DNA of 64,000 nucleotides from assembly GCA_046483065.1 (NCBI GenBank), contig JAWODW010000037.1, positions 1,779-65,778 of the forward strand, given 5' to 3'. How positions within the stretch are numbered: position 1 is the stretch's first letter; each line of letters starts with the position of its first letter. This document shows positions 1 through 8,091 of this stretch, one piece after another. The notes beneath the pieces were generated by a model. That model was given only the letters and a program-made list of their open reading frames with translations, was not told the origin of the DNA and did not search any database. The DNA comes from Longimicrobiales bacterium. GTDB lineage: Bacteria > Gemmatimonadota > Gemmatimonadetes > Longimicrobiales > RSA9. The position numbers and the translations under genes are program-made.

Positions 1-1
1 G

Positions 2-613
2 CCGCCGGCGAGCGTGGCGGGCGGGAACGTGGAAACGTCGCAGCGGATCACCGACGTGCTCCTGCTCGCGTTGGCGCAGGCGGTGCCCGGGATCGCCGCC
101 GCCCAGAGCCAGGGGACCATGAACAACCTGACCGTGGGCGGCCTGGATCCACGGTCGGGCGAGCCGTTCGCCTACTACGAGACCATGGCCGGCGGGATGG
201 GCGGCGGTGCCGACGGCCCGGGCCTCAGCGGCGTCCACGTCCACATGACCAACTCGCTGAACACACCGGTGGAGGCGCTCGAGCACGCGTACCCGTTCCG
301 CGTGCGCGAGTACTCCATCCGTCGGGGCACCGGGGGCGGCGGCCGGCACCCCGGCGGCGATGGGCTGCGGCGGGACATCCGGCTCCTGGCCGACGGCGAC
401 GTCAGCCTCCTCACCGAGCGGCGCCGGGTGGCGCCCCGGGGGCTGGCCGGCGGCGGCGACGGAGCGCCCGGCGAGAACGTCCTGGTCCGCGACGGCGAGG
501 AGCGGACGCTGCCCACCAAGGCCACGTTCCCCGTGCGCGCCGGGGACGTTCTCAGCATCCGCAGCCCGGGGGGCGGCGGGTGGGGGGCGGACGCGGAGGC
601 GGCCGGGGGATAG
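2..613 (+). CDS. Hydantoinase B/oxoprolinase family protein, C-terminal part (5' end lies outside the window)
   Basis: ORF 14..613 stays open to the window edge in the same frame. Motifs [38 protein letters not shown] and [15 protein letters not shown] are typical of HyuB/OplaH C-termini. GC3 is high. Confidence 0.85.
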   Translation, partial: PPASVAGGNVETSQRITDVLLLALAQAVPGIAAAQSQGTMNNLTVGGLDPRSGEPFAYYETMAGGMGGGADGPGLSGVHVHMTNSLNTPVEALEHAYPFRVREYSIRRGTGGGGRHPGGDGLRRDIRLLADGDVSLLTERRRVAPRGLAGGGDGAPGENVLVRDGEERTLPTKATFPVRAGDVLSIRSPGGGGWGADAEAAGG

Positions 614-863
614 CTCCTGCCCGCGATCCGATCTCGCCGGGCCCCGGCCGCGATGGGGGGCACTGTGTTCGCGGCAGAGCTGGGTTCGCGGGGTAGCTTT
701 GAACGTTCGGGGTGGCGTCTGCGATCGTGGCGAGATGGGGGGAGTGGGGGTGGGCGCCTGCGGCGCTGCGCGGCGAGGCCAGGCGCCCGCCCTCGACGGC
801 GCCGTGATCCTAGTGGTCCGCGCCGAGGTGGTGGACTCAGGGATGTAGGCGGCGCTGAGTCGG

Positions 864-1034
864 GAGAACTCCCCAAACAACCGGCTCCCGCGGCGGACCT
901 TGGGGGATTCCCAACGATAATCGTAGGGGATCCCCCAAACATCGTCGACCGGCCAGGTTGTTTGGGGGAAGGACTACGATATACGTAGGGAAGTCCCCAA
1001 ACAGGCCCTGGAAAGGACATTGTTTGGGGACTTC
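864..1034. repeat. Tandem ~62-bp units, each a direct-repeat head plus a TCCCCAAACA/TGTTTGGGGA hairpin
   Basis: Heads are ACGATAATCGTAGGGGA (914..930) and ACGATATACGTAGGGAA (976..992). Stems are 932..941/959..968 (10 bp) and 990..1003/1021..1034 (14 bp perfect), both with 17-nt loops. A degenerate third unit lies at 870..907. Confidence 0.85.
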
Positions 1035-1134
1035 TCCCGAACCGCCCACCCCATCACCGCCTTGCCGCCAGCCCCGGCCCGGCCCCGCACCCCAGTCCCC
1101 CAGTCGCGAGTGCCGGCGGACGCCGGCGCTCGCC

Positions 1135-1989
1135 CTACGCTCCCGGTCCGGCCAGGATCTCCTCGAACACCGCCACGGCCCGGGGGTCGTCGAACTCGGC
1201 GAGCCAGAACAGCGCGCGGTTGATGACCCGGGCGTCGTCCATGGTTCGGACGATGTCGATGAGCATGGGGACGGCCTGATCGTCGGGGAGCTGGGAGAGG
1301 CCGAAGACGGCGGCCTCGCGGATCTCGTCGTCCTCGGTGCGGTCGCGGACCATGCCGCCGAGCCCCGCCACCGCCTCCCGGGCGGCGCAGCGGCCGAGCC
1401 AGTGGAGCGCGGACTTCCGGGTCCGCGACGCCAGCGATCGGTCACGGGCCATGTCCAGGAGCTCGGGCCAGATCTCGGCATCGCCGGCGATGGCTGCCGC
1501 CAGGATCAAGTCTCGGGCGGCGCGAGAGCCGCTCGCCCGCGCGGCGTTCAGGAGGAAGTCGGCGGCAGCCTGGCCGGTGACGTAGCCCAGGTCGTGCATG
1601 ACGCGGGCGGCGGGGGCGGCGCGGTCGCATGCCGGCTCGCCCACCGCGACCCGGACGTCGGTCCAGCCATCGCCTTCGGGCCACATCCGGACTACCACGT
1701 CGCCGGTTTCGCACGACGGGTCGCCCTCGCGCCACCGCCGCCAGTCGGAGACGGACGTGCGGCCGGTGGTGAACACGATGGAGCCGTCGGGATCCCGGAT
1801 CAGGATCCCGTCGCCGGTACCGCAGACGTTGTGGGCCGCAGGGTAGCCCAGCCGAACCGGCGCGTCGGCGTCCCGGGCGATCCGCTCCAGCGACTGGCCT
1901 TCCGCGGTGGTGCCGGCGCCCGCGAGGGTCAGGGCGGCCCCGGCAAGAGCCAGGGCCGCGCCGATCCAGCGGTAGGCGAGAGTGCGCAC
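1135..1989 (-). CDS. Secreted protein with an unknown N-terminal domain and C-terminal HEAT/PBS-lyase-like repeats
   Basis: Part of ORF 1135..2052. I place the start at GTG 1989 (VRTLAYRWIGAALALAGAALTLAGA looks like a signal peptide), 1 nt after the upstream gene's stop. Repeats include DDEIREAAVFGLSQL and DDARVINRALFWLAEFDD. Confidence 0.7.
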   Translation of the reverse strand: MRTLAYRWIGAALALAGAALTLAGAGTTAEGQSLERIARDADAPVRLGYPAAHNVCGTGDGILIRDPDGSIVFTTGRTSVSDWRRWREGDPSCETGDVVVRMWPEGDGWTDVRVAVGEPACDRAAPAARVMHDLGYVTGQAAADFLLNAARASGSRAARDLILAAAIAGDAEIWPELLDMARDRSLASRTRKSALHWLGRCAAREAVAGLGGMVRDRTEDDEIREAAVFGLSQLPDDQAVPMLIDIVRTMDDARVINRALFWLAEFDDPRAVAVFEEILAGPGA

Positions 1990-1990
1990 G

Positions 1991-3541
1991 TCAGCCCCCG
2001 CCGCCGCCCGGCTCGGCCAGGATCTCGAGGAGGGCGTCGGCGGCGCGGTCATCGTTGGAGTTGCCGAGCCAGAAGATGGCCCGGGTCCGGAGCTGGCTGT
2101 CGGTCTCGGTGCGGGCGATCTCGATGAGCCGGTCGATGGCGCCGGGCTCTCCGCTCTCCGAAAGGCCGAAGATGATCCGCTCCTTCAGCTCGCGCTCCTC
2201 GACCTGGCCGTAGAGCCGGCCGAGCTCATCGGCGGCGATCCCGGCCTCGGCGGCCCAGAAGATGGCGCGGCTGCGCAGCTCGGTGTCCCGGCTCGCGTCG
2301 GTGGCCACGGAGAGGAGCCAGCGTGCGTCCTCGGGCCGCTCTGTCTGCCCGACGGCGAAGAGGATCCGTTCGGCGAGGCGAGGGTCGTCCACCTGCTCGA
2401 ACATCTCCTTCAGCGCCTCAATGTCCTCGGGGGTACCCTCCTCGGCGAGCCAGAAGACGGCGCGCTCCCGGATCCGACTCGGCGCGCTCGGGTCGCGGGC
2501 CACGTCGCGGACCACCTGGAGCGCCCGCGGGCTGCCGTGCTGGGACAGGGCGAAGATGGCGCGCTCCCGGATCCGGTCGTCGTCGGACTCGTGGACGAAG
2601 CGGGCGAGGGCGTCCACGGCCCGGTCGTCGTCGACCTCGCTGAGCCAGAAGACGGCCTGGCGGCGCACCTCGACGTCCGGGTCGTTGTTGGCCGCGTCCA
2701 GCAGGATGTCGACCGACTCCGGCGTCTGCTTGTCGGCGATGAGGAAGACCGCCCGCCGTCGCAGGACCACGCTGCACGGGTCGCGGCGCTGCATGACCTG
2801 CCGGAGCACCGGCATAGCCCGCTCGGTGTTCATGTGCATGAGCGCGTTCATCGCCGCGAGCTGGGTCTCGGCCTCCTCCCGGCACTCCTGGGGCAGCTCA
2901 TCGATGGAGGTCCGCCCCATGGCGCCGGCCATCACGCGGCCCTGCTCGGCGGCGATCATGGCCGCCCTGGCGATCTCATCGCTGTGGGCGGCGATCCCCT
3001 CGGTGGCCGCGGCCACCTGGGCGGCCACTTCCTCGCCGATGACGGCGCCCATTCGCGCCATCTCGTTCGACATCTCCACGATGGCCATGGCGGCGCTCTC
3101 GTTGCCGCGCCGGGCCAGGAGGCCGCGGATGCGAGTGGCGAGGGAACGGGCGTCGCCGTCCTGGCGGGTCGACGCCTGCGGATAGCGGTCGGCCTGCAGC
3201 TCCAGCAGCGCCAGCGCCTCCTCCAGCTCGTCCGAGTGGTCGAGGCGGTAGCGGTTGAAGGCCTCCCAGTAGACGGCGTCCGGCGCGTACGTGGACCGGG
3301 CGTGCTCGTCCCATACCTGGTGGAAGAGCCGGGCGGCCCGCTCGTGGTCACCGCGGCTCATGGCCGCCCGGGCCGCGCGGTAGAGCGAGTCGGCCGGGTC
3401 CTGCTGGTTCCACGCCGCCGGCGCCTCGGCCCGGGGGCCGGATGCAGGCGCCAGCCGGGCGAACGTCGGGTCGGCCTGGTCGGCCCGGGCCCCTGCGGGC
3501 ACCAGCAGCAGTGCGATCAATCCGATGATGGTCTTTCTCAT
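1991..3541 (-). CDS. Secreted HEAT-repeat protein
   Basis: Signal peptide MRKTIIGLIALLLVPAGARA. About ten repeats of the type D..VR.RAIFWL/FAL...D.RA...L, e.g. DPDVEVRRQAVFWLSEVDDDRAVDAL. Confidence 0.8.
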   Translation of the reverse strand: MRKTIIGLIALLLVPAGARADQADPTFARLAPASGPRAEAPAAWNQQDPADSLYRAARAAMSRGDHERAARLFHQVWDEHARSTYAPDAVYWEAFNRYRLDHSDELEEALALLELQADRYPQASTRQDGDARSLATRIRGLLARRGNESAAMAIVEMSNEMARMGAVIGEEVAAQVAAATEGIAAHSDEIARAAMIAAEQGRVMAGAMGRTSIDELPQECREEAETQLAAMNALMHMNTERAMPVLRQVMQRRDPCSVVLRRRAVFLIADKQTPESVDILLDAANNDPDVEVRRQAVFWLSEVDDDRAVDALARFVHESDDDRIRERAIFALSQHGSPRALQVVRDVARDPSAPSRIRERAVFWLAEEGTPEDIEALKEMFEQVDDPRLAERILFAVGQTERPEDARWLLSVATDASRDTELRSRAIFWAAEAGIAADELGRLYGQVEERELKERIIFGLSESGEPGAIDRLIEIARTETDSQLRTRAIFWLGNSNDDRAADALLEILAEPGGGGG

Positions 3542-3552
3542 GGTTCAGCTCC

Positions 3553-4176
3553 TTACAGCGAAATATCCGCAGGGGCTGCGGCCGTCCGCAGCTTCGTCAG
3601 CAGCTGCTGCTGCCGGATCCCCTCTTCGATCAGGTCGTCATCCCCGGCACCGCCCGAGTTCGCGATCTGCACGAGCACGAGCTCCAGGTCGCCCAGCAGG
3701 CCGGCCATCTCGGGGTCCTCCGCCACGCGGGAGTCGAGGAGCAGCCGCGTGGTGGCCAGAAGGTCCCTGGCCCAGTCGGCTGTGGCGGCCCGGTCATCCG
3801 TGGACGCCGCGGACGACCGGAAGAGCGTGAGCAGCGCCTCGGCGTCACTCATGTGCTCCGCCGCGGCCAGGCGCACCGGCGTGGACGGGGCCGACCTCTC
3901 GGCCGCCGCCATCGGCGCGTGTGCGGGGGCCGGCTCCCGGGTCATGCGACCCAGCCCGAAGCCGACGGCCAGCGTAGCGGCCGCCGCCAGCCCCACCACC
4001 CACGGCGTCCCCCGCCGCAGCCGGTGCCTGGCCCGGCGCCCGGCCAGGTCGTCGGTCTCGCGCCCCTGGGGCAGCTCCTCCCGGATCACCGCCCACATCT
4101 CGTCCCGGGGCGGCTCCGGCGGCTCGTTGTAGTCCCGTGCGGCGTGTATCATCCGCTCCAGCTCCTCCGGCTTCAT
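3553..4176 (-). CDS. Putative single-pass membrane anti-sigma factor
   Basis: 4-nt ATGA overlap with the sigma gene. Short N-terminal cytoplasmic segment, one TM helix (WVVGLAAAATLAVGFGLG) and a periplasmic tail. The call is by position; no specific family motif was recognised. Confidence 0.6.
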   Translation of the reverse strand: MKPEELERMIHAARDYNEPPEPPRDEMWAVIREELPQGRETDDLAGRRARHRLRRGTPWVVGLAAAATLAVGFGLGRMTREPAPAHAPMAAAERSAPSTPVRLAAAEHMSDAEALLTLFRSSAASTDDRAATADWARDLLATTRLLLDSRVAEDPEMAGLLGDLELVLVQIANSGGAGDDDLIEEGIRQQQLLTKLRTAAAPADISL

Positions 4177-4754
4177 ACCGCGTACTCCTCCGCGAAATCC
4201 GACAGCTCTTCCTGCAGCATCTGCCGCGCCCGGTGCAGCCGGGCCTTCGACGTGCCCGTGGCGACTTCCAGCGAGCTGCCGATCTCGGCGTGCGTGTACC
4301 CTTCCACGTCGTGCATCACGAACACCAACCGGTAGATGTCGGGCAAGCGGTCGATGGCCGCGTGCAGCCGGTCCTTCAGATCCGGCTCCGCCCGCGACTT
4401 CCGGGGCGGGACCGGCAGTGCCGGTACCTCGTCCATATCCACCTCCCGGTTCCGTGTCCGCTTCACCTTCCGAAGCCCGTTCAGCGCCACTGACTTCGTG
4501 ATCGAGTAGAGCCAGGTCGAGAGCGCCGCATCACCGCGGAACTGGTCCAGCCGGCCGAAGGCGCGGATGAACGTCTCCTGAGTGAACTCCCGGGCCAGGT
4601 CCTCGTCGCCCGCCATGCGGTAGCACAGCCGGTAGACCCGGTCCACGTGGTCGTCGTAGAGCTGTCGTGCCGCGGCCTCATCGCCGCCCAGCACCCGCTC
4701 GATCAGTGTCTGCTCGCTCAATCGCGATTCGCTTTGAACGGTTTCGGTCTCCAC
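4173..4754 (-). CDS. ECF-type RNA polymerase sigma-70 family factor
   Basis: Region 2 (DRVYRLCYRMAGDEDLAREFTQETFIRAF) and region 4 HTH (YTHAEIGSSLEVATGTSKARLHRARQML). Confidence 0.9.
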   Translation of the reverse strand: METETVQSESRLSEQTLIERVLGGDEAAARQLYDDHVDRVYRLCYRMAGDEDLAREFTQETFIRAFGRLDQFRGDAALSTWLYSITKSVALNGLRKVKRTRNREVDMDEVPALPVPPRKSRAEPDLKDRLHAAIDRLPDIYRLVFVMHDVEGYTHAEIGSSLEVATGTSKARLHRARQMLQEELSDFAEEYAV

Positions 4755-4960
4755 TTCACCCCTTGGGACACGGGGCGCCGTGATAGGGTTGCGTCCACGT
4801 TAACGTCTGCCCGGTGCCGTGCCCATGCCTCAGAATGCCATCAGCGAACTCGCGGCCCGGTCCTTGCCATACACGTGGCCAGACACGGTACCCATCAGGG
4901 AAGCCGCGCGGGCGGGCACCGGCCCGGCCGCCACTGAACAGCAGATCACGGAGGCAAGAC

Positions 4961-5362
4961 ATGACAGAAGCAACGGTCAACTACGCCCTCGCCCGTACGC
5001 TGGACCTCTCCTTCGAGGAGGCCGACGAGCGCGTCCGGGCGGCGCTGAAGGACGAAGGGTTCGGCGTGCTCACGGAGATCGACGTGAAGGCCACGCTGAA
5101 GGAGAAGCTGGACGAGGAGTTCCAGCAGTACAAAATCCTGGGCGCGTGCAACCCGCCGCTGGCTCATCAGGCGCTGCAGCACGAGATCGACATCGGGCTG
5201 CTCCTGCCGTGCAACGTGGTGGTCCGGGCGCTCGACGACGGCCGTACCGTGGTGGAAGCCATGGACCCGGTCCAGCAGCTCGCGGTGGCCGACAACCCCG
5301 ACCTGCCCGCCATGGCGCAGCAGGTCCGGGAGCGGATGGAGCGCGTGATCGCCGCGCTGTAG
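4961..5362 (+). CDS. DUF302 domain protein
   Basis: GFGVLTEIDVKATLKEKL...YKILGACNPPLAHQAL signature. GGAGG lies 6 nt upstream of ATG 4961. The upstream part of ORF 4814.. lacks coding bias. Confidence 0.85.
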   Translation: MTEATVNYALARTLDLSFEEADERVRAALKDEGFGVLTEIDVKATLKEKLDEEFQQYKILGACNPPLAHQALQHEIDIGLLLPCNVVVRALDDGRTVVEAMDPVQQLAVADNPDLPAMAQQVRERMERVIAAL

Positions 5363-5396
5363 GACCGCCGCGCTGTAGGACCGCCGCGCTGTAGGA
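5349..5396. repeat. 16-bp tandem triplication (CCGCCGCGCTGTAGGA) spanning the DUF302 stop codon
   Basis: Three consecutive copies at 5349..5364, 5365..5380 and 5381..5396. The first copy encodes the last codons plus TAG. Confidence 0.95.
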
Positions 5397-5445
5397 CGCG
5401 GGGGTCGTGGCGGCGTTCCCACCTTCGGGACGTGGCCACCCCCGG

Positions 5446-5666
5446 ATTCACGCGAAGACGCGGCGGGGAACCGCGAGACGCGAAGCCGGCAAGGCGGCGT
5501 TCGCGGTGAACGAGAAAGTCACCGGGCGAGGCAGGGATCAGGATCCTGTCTCGCTCCGGTAGCTTCTCCCCCGGACGCTGCCGCGCCGGAAAGCTCGAGC
5601 CTCCACCGCGAGCCCCGCCCTACCCGGCTTGGCGTCTCCTGCAGGTCTTCGCGTCTTCGCGTGAAT
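5446..5666. repeat. Palindromic intergenic element of the CGCGAAG/CGCGGAG heptad family (17-bp perfect terminal inverted repeat)
   Basis: ATTCACGCGAAGACGCG (5446..5462) is the exact reverse complement of CGCGTCTTCGCGTGAAT (5650..5666). The right arm is near-identical to 41541..41575. Confidence 0.85.
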
Positions 5667-5719
5667 GCAGTTGAAGTTCCCGCGCATCGAGCCGTTCTCC
5701 GCGTCTCCCGAATAAAGAA

Positions 5720-5750
5720 AGGCGCCGTCGGTATTTTGCCGACGGCGCCT
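5720..5750. terminator. Bidirectional intrinsic-terminator-like hairpin
   Basis: 11-bp GC stem GGCGCCGTCGG/CCGACGGCGCC with a 7-nt loop. Flanked by AATAAAGAAA on the left and TCCTTTTCGT on the right, which gives a U-tract on either strand. Confidence 0.75.
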
Positions 5751-5762
5751 CCTTTTCGTCTG

Positions 5763-5880
5763 CCGCAATCCTGACGCGATGCCGCGATCGGCACACGTCA
5801 GCCGGACAGCTTATGTCTGCGAAATAACCTACTCGGCTATGCGCCGATCAGGCGATCGCTTGCCCGTGTCAGGTTGCGGA
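5763..5880 (-). ncRNA. Candidate structured RNA (118-nt long imperfect hairpin) between a T-run and the 5720..5750 terminator
   Basis: CCGCAATCCTGAC (5763..5775) pairs with GTCAGGTTGCGGA (5868..5880). Inner helices are GCGAT..GATCGGC / GCCGATC..ATCGC. Strand and identity are unknown. Confidence 0.3.
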
Positions 5881-6077
5881 CAGTACTAGGACTTACAGAC
5901 AAGGATCACCTCCTGTTACGGTGAAAAAACGGGCTTTGGCACCAGCGGGATTCGCTCCCGCGGTCCATCGGCGACGCCTCCTTGGACCCCGCCTCCGGCC
6001 CAGTCACCTTCGTGGCGACGGCCCAAACGTAACAACGTACATCTTTGGACACAAGGATGTGGGAGATCGGCGACCCG

Positions 6078-7322
6078 TCAGTTCTCGAATTCCGCCCGCT
6101 CGAAACGGTCCCACGGCACCAGCACCAGCGTGCCGTCCGGCCGCTCCACGTACACGCCCTTGTTCCCTTCGTCGACGTCGTTGGAGTCGCTCAGCTCGAA
6201 GGTCCGGCCGTCCTTCAGCGTGACCCGACACACGTCGTATGCCACCCGCTCGATGCTCCGGATGGCGTCGAACTCGATATCCAGGTCCACGCCGTCCCGC
6301 ACCGCGCCGTCCAGGATCTCCCACGTGTACTCCTCGTCGTTGTCCCAGCGGACGAGGCCGGTGTGCGACTCCCCGCCCCGGGCGTACACCGTGCCGGTGA
6401 TCCGACCGCCGCCGTCGAACACGCCGAGCTCGACCTGCCCGGGCGGCGACTCGAAGTCGACCCGCTCGAGCTCGTCCCACTCCACGCGGACCTCCCCCAG
6501 CGCCGGGTCCGCCACCATGATGTCGCGGTTCTCGTCGTTGACATCGTTCGAGCCCCGGAGCACCCGATGCTGCCCGTCGATCAGCGTCACCCGCGCCGCG
6601 TTCGAGCTGTACCGCTCGATGGCCCGGATCCGGCCGAAGGGGATCTCGTGGTCACGACCGCCCTCGTCGCCGTCCAGGACGTCGGTGGTGAAGAGCTCGT
6701 CCATGTCCCACGCCACATAGCCCGTGAACCGGCGCCCGTCCCGGGTCTCCAGCGTGCCGTACAGCCGCTCCCCCCAGCGGGAGGGGACCGACGGGCCGCC
6801 CATGAAGTCGATGACCCGGATGTCGCGCCAGTCGAGCTCCACCTGCCCACCACGGGGGTCCTCCACAAGGATCTCGTCGGCCGACGTGCCCACATCGCCG
6901 CCCCGGAGCTCCACCTCCTCCCCCGACTTCAGAATCACCCGGGCACGGTTGGAGCTCAGCCGCTCCAGCGTGCTCACGTGGCCGAACCGGATCCCCGACT
7001 GCGACGACGAGCCGATCTGGACCTCGTCCTCGTCCCACGTGATGCCGATGCCGAAAACCTCGATCCGCCGCTCCCGACGCTCCGGCTCCCACCCCAGACG
7101 CTCCGCGTCGCGCCGGTTCCGCTCCGGGATCGGCTTGCTCCCGCTCAGGATGTCGAACCACCCCGCCTCGTTCCCGTCCCACCGGATGAACCCCTCGTAC
7201 CGCGAGCCGTCGGTGGTCACGATCCGGCCGTAGAGGCGGCTCGGGTCCGCGTCGGCCTGGGCCGCGAGCAGGCCGGGGGCGGCCAGCGCCGCGGCGAGTA
7301 CCATGATCAGGCTGTTGCGCAT
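6078..7322 (-). CDS. Secreted protein of unknown function with three ~125-aa internal repeats
   Basis: Signal peptide MRNSLIMVLAAALAAPGLLAAQA. Three repeats start LYGRIVTTDGSRYEGFIRWD / LYGTLETRDGRRFTGYVAWD / ITGTVYARGGESHTGLVRWD, and each ends ..W..I..IDF/VDFE/AEFE. Confidence 0.75.
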   Translation of the reverse strand: MRNSLIMVLAAALAAPGLLAAQADADPSRLYGRIVTTDGSRYEGFIRWDGNEAGWFDILSGSKPIPERNRRDAERLGWEPERRERRIEVFGIGITWDEDEVQIGSSSQSGIRFGHVSTLERLSSNRARVILKSGEEVELRGGDVGTSADEILVEDPRGGQVELDWRDIRVIDFMGGPSVPSRWGERLYGTLETRDGRRFTGYVAWDMDELFTTDVLDGDEGGRDHEIPFGRIRAIERYSSNAARVTLIDGQHRVLRGSNDVNDENRDIMVADPALGEVRVEWDELERVDFESPPGQVELGVFDGGGRITGTVYARGGESHTGLVRWDNDEEYTWEILDGAVRDGVDLDIEFDAIRSIERVAYDVCRVTLKDGRTFELSDSNDVDEGNKGVYVERPDGTLVLVPWDRFERAEFEN

Positions 7323-7402
7323 AATGCTATGCCTCCTGCGAATGCACGTGTGTTCCAGACCGCCCTACGTCACGTCCCACCGCCGGGTTTCATCGGCCCG
7401 CT

Positions 7403-7449
7403 CTTGACGTGCTGGCCGGACAGTTTAACTTGTTGGTTAGTTTAACCAA
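7403..7449 (+). promoter_or_regulatory. Putative sigma-70-type promoter and palindromic TetR operator of the efflux operon
   Basis: TTGACG (7403..7408), 17 nt, then TAACTT. Palindrome TTGGTTA-gtt-TAACCAA at 7433..7449 and direct AGTTTAAC repeats, 15 nt upstream of the tetR start. Confidence 0.55.
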
Positions 7450-7464
7450 TGAGTTAAGGACACG

Positions 7465-8091
7465 ATGGCCGAACGGGGCACGGAGGAGCGGATCCTGGAC
7501 GCGGCGCACACGGTGTTCCTTCAGCGGGGCACGGCGGGGGCGCGGATGCAGGAAGTGGCGGACGAGGCGGGCGTGAACAAGGCGCTGCTGCACTACTACT
7601 TCCGGAGCAAGGACCAGCTGGCGCAGGCGGTGTTCCGGCGGGCGCTCGGTGAACTGCTGCCGCAGGCGATGGAGGTTCTGCGGTCGGGCGTGCCGGTGGA
7701 GGAGAAGGTTCGGCGGATCGTGGAGCTGGAGGTGGACACGCTGCGTCGGAACCCGTTCCTCCCGGGCTACCTGCTGGGGGAGTTGACGCATCACCCGGAA
7801 CGGGTCCATGAGATCTTCGAGTCGGTGGCGGGGATGCAGCTGGGGCAGCTGGGCGACGAGGTCCGATCGACGCTCCGGTCGCAACTCGAGGAGGCGGCCG
7901 AGGCGGGGCGACTGCGGGCGATCCCGCCCGAGGACTTCCTCATGAACCTGATCTCCATGGCGATCTTCCCGTTCGCGGCGCGCCCGCTCCTGCGTCTTAT
8001 GCTGGACCTGGACGACGAGGGCTTCGACGCGTTGATGGAGGCGCGCAAGGAGCGCGTGCCGGACTTCTTCCTGAAGGCACTGCGACCATGA
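7465..8091 (+). CDS. TetR/AcrR family transcriptional regulator
   Basis: N-terminal HTH ILDAAHTVFLQRGTAGARMQEVADEAGVNKALLHYYFRSKDQL. First gene of the efflux operon. Confidence 0.9.
   Translation: MAERGTEERILDAAHTVFLQRGTAGARMQEVADEAGVNKALLHYYFRSKDQLAQAVFRRALGELLPQAMEVLRSGVPVEEKVRRIVELEVDTLRRNPFLPGYLLGELTHHPERVHEIFESVAGMQLGQLGDEVRSTLRSQLEEAAEAGRLRAIPPEDFLMNLISMAIFPFAARPLLRLMLDLDDEGFDALMEARKERVPDFFLKALRP

Noticed and set aside
1982-4132. A 716-aa plus-strand ORF antisense to the HEAT/anti-sigma genes, with many similar long ORFs elsewhere (e.g. 6045..7445, 7791..9377, 12479..13465 part, 16012..17295, 17961..20288, 23103..24758, 25246..26664, 27007..28413, 36209..37597, 40577..42415, 43464..44846, 45176..47494, 47487..49181).
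   Set aside because: These are typical shadow frames of a very GC-rich genome. The products are Arg/Pro/Gly/Ala-rich with no recognisable motifs, and GC is concentrated at the wrong codon position. In every case the opposite or alternative frame encodes a protein with clear family signatures.
5903-5914. GGATCACCTCCT, identical to the 3' end of 16S rRNA, was considered as a possible rRNA gene end.
   Set aside because: Only 12 nt match. The flanking sequence has no other 16S features (no helix 45, no GGTTGGATCACCTCCTT context) and no rRNA operon neighbours.
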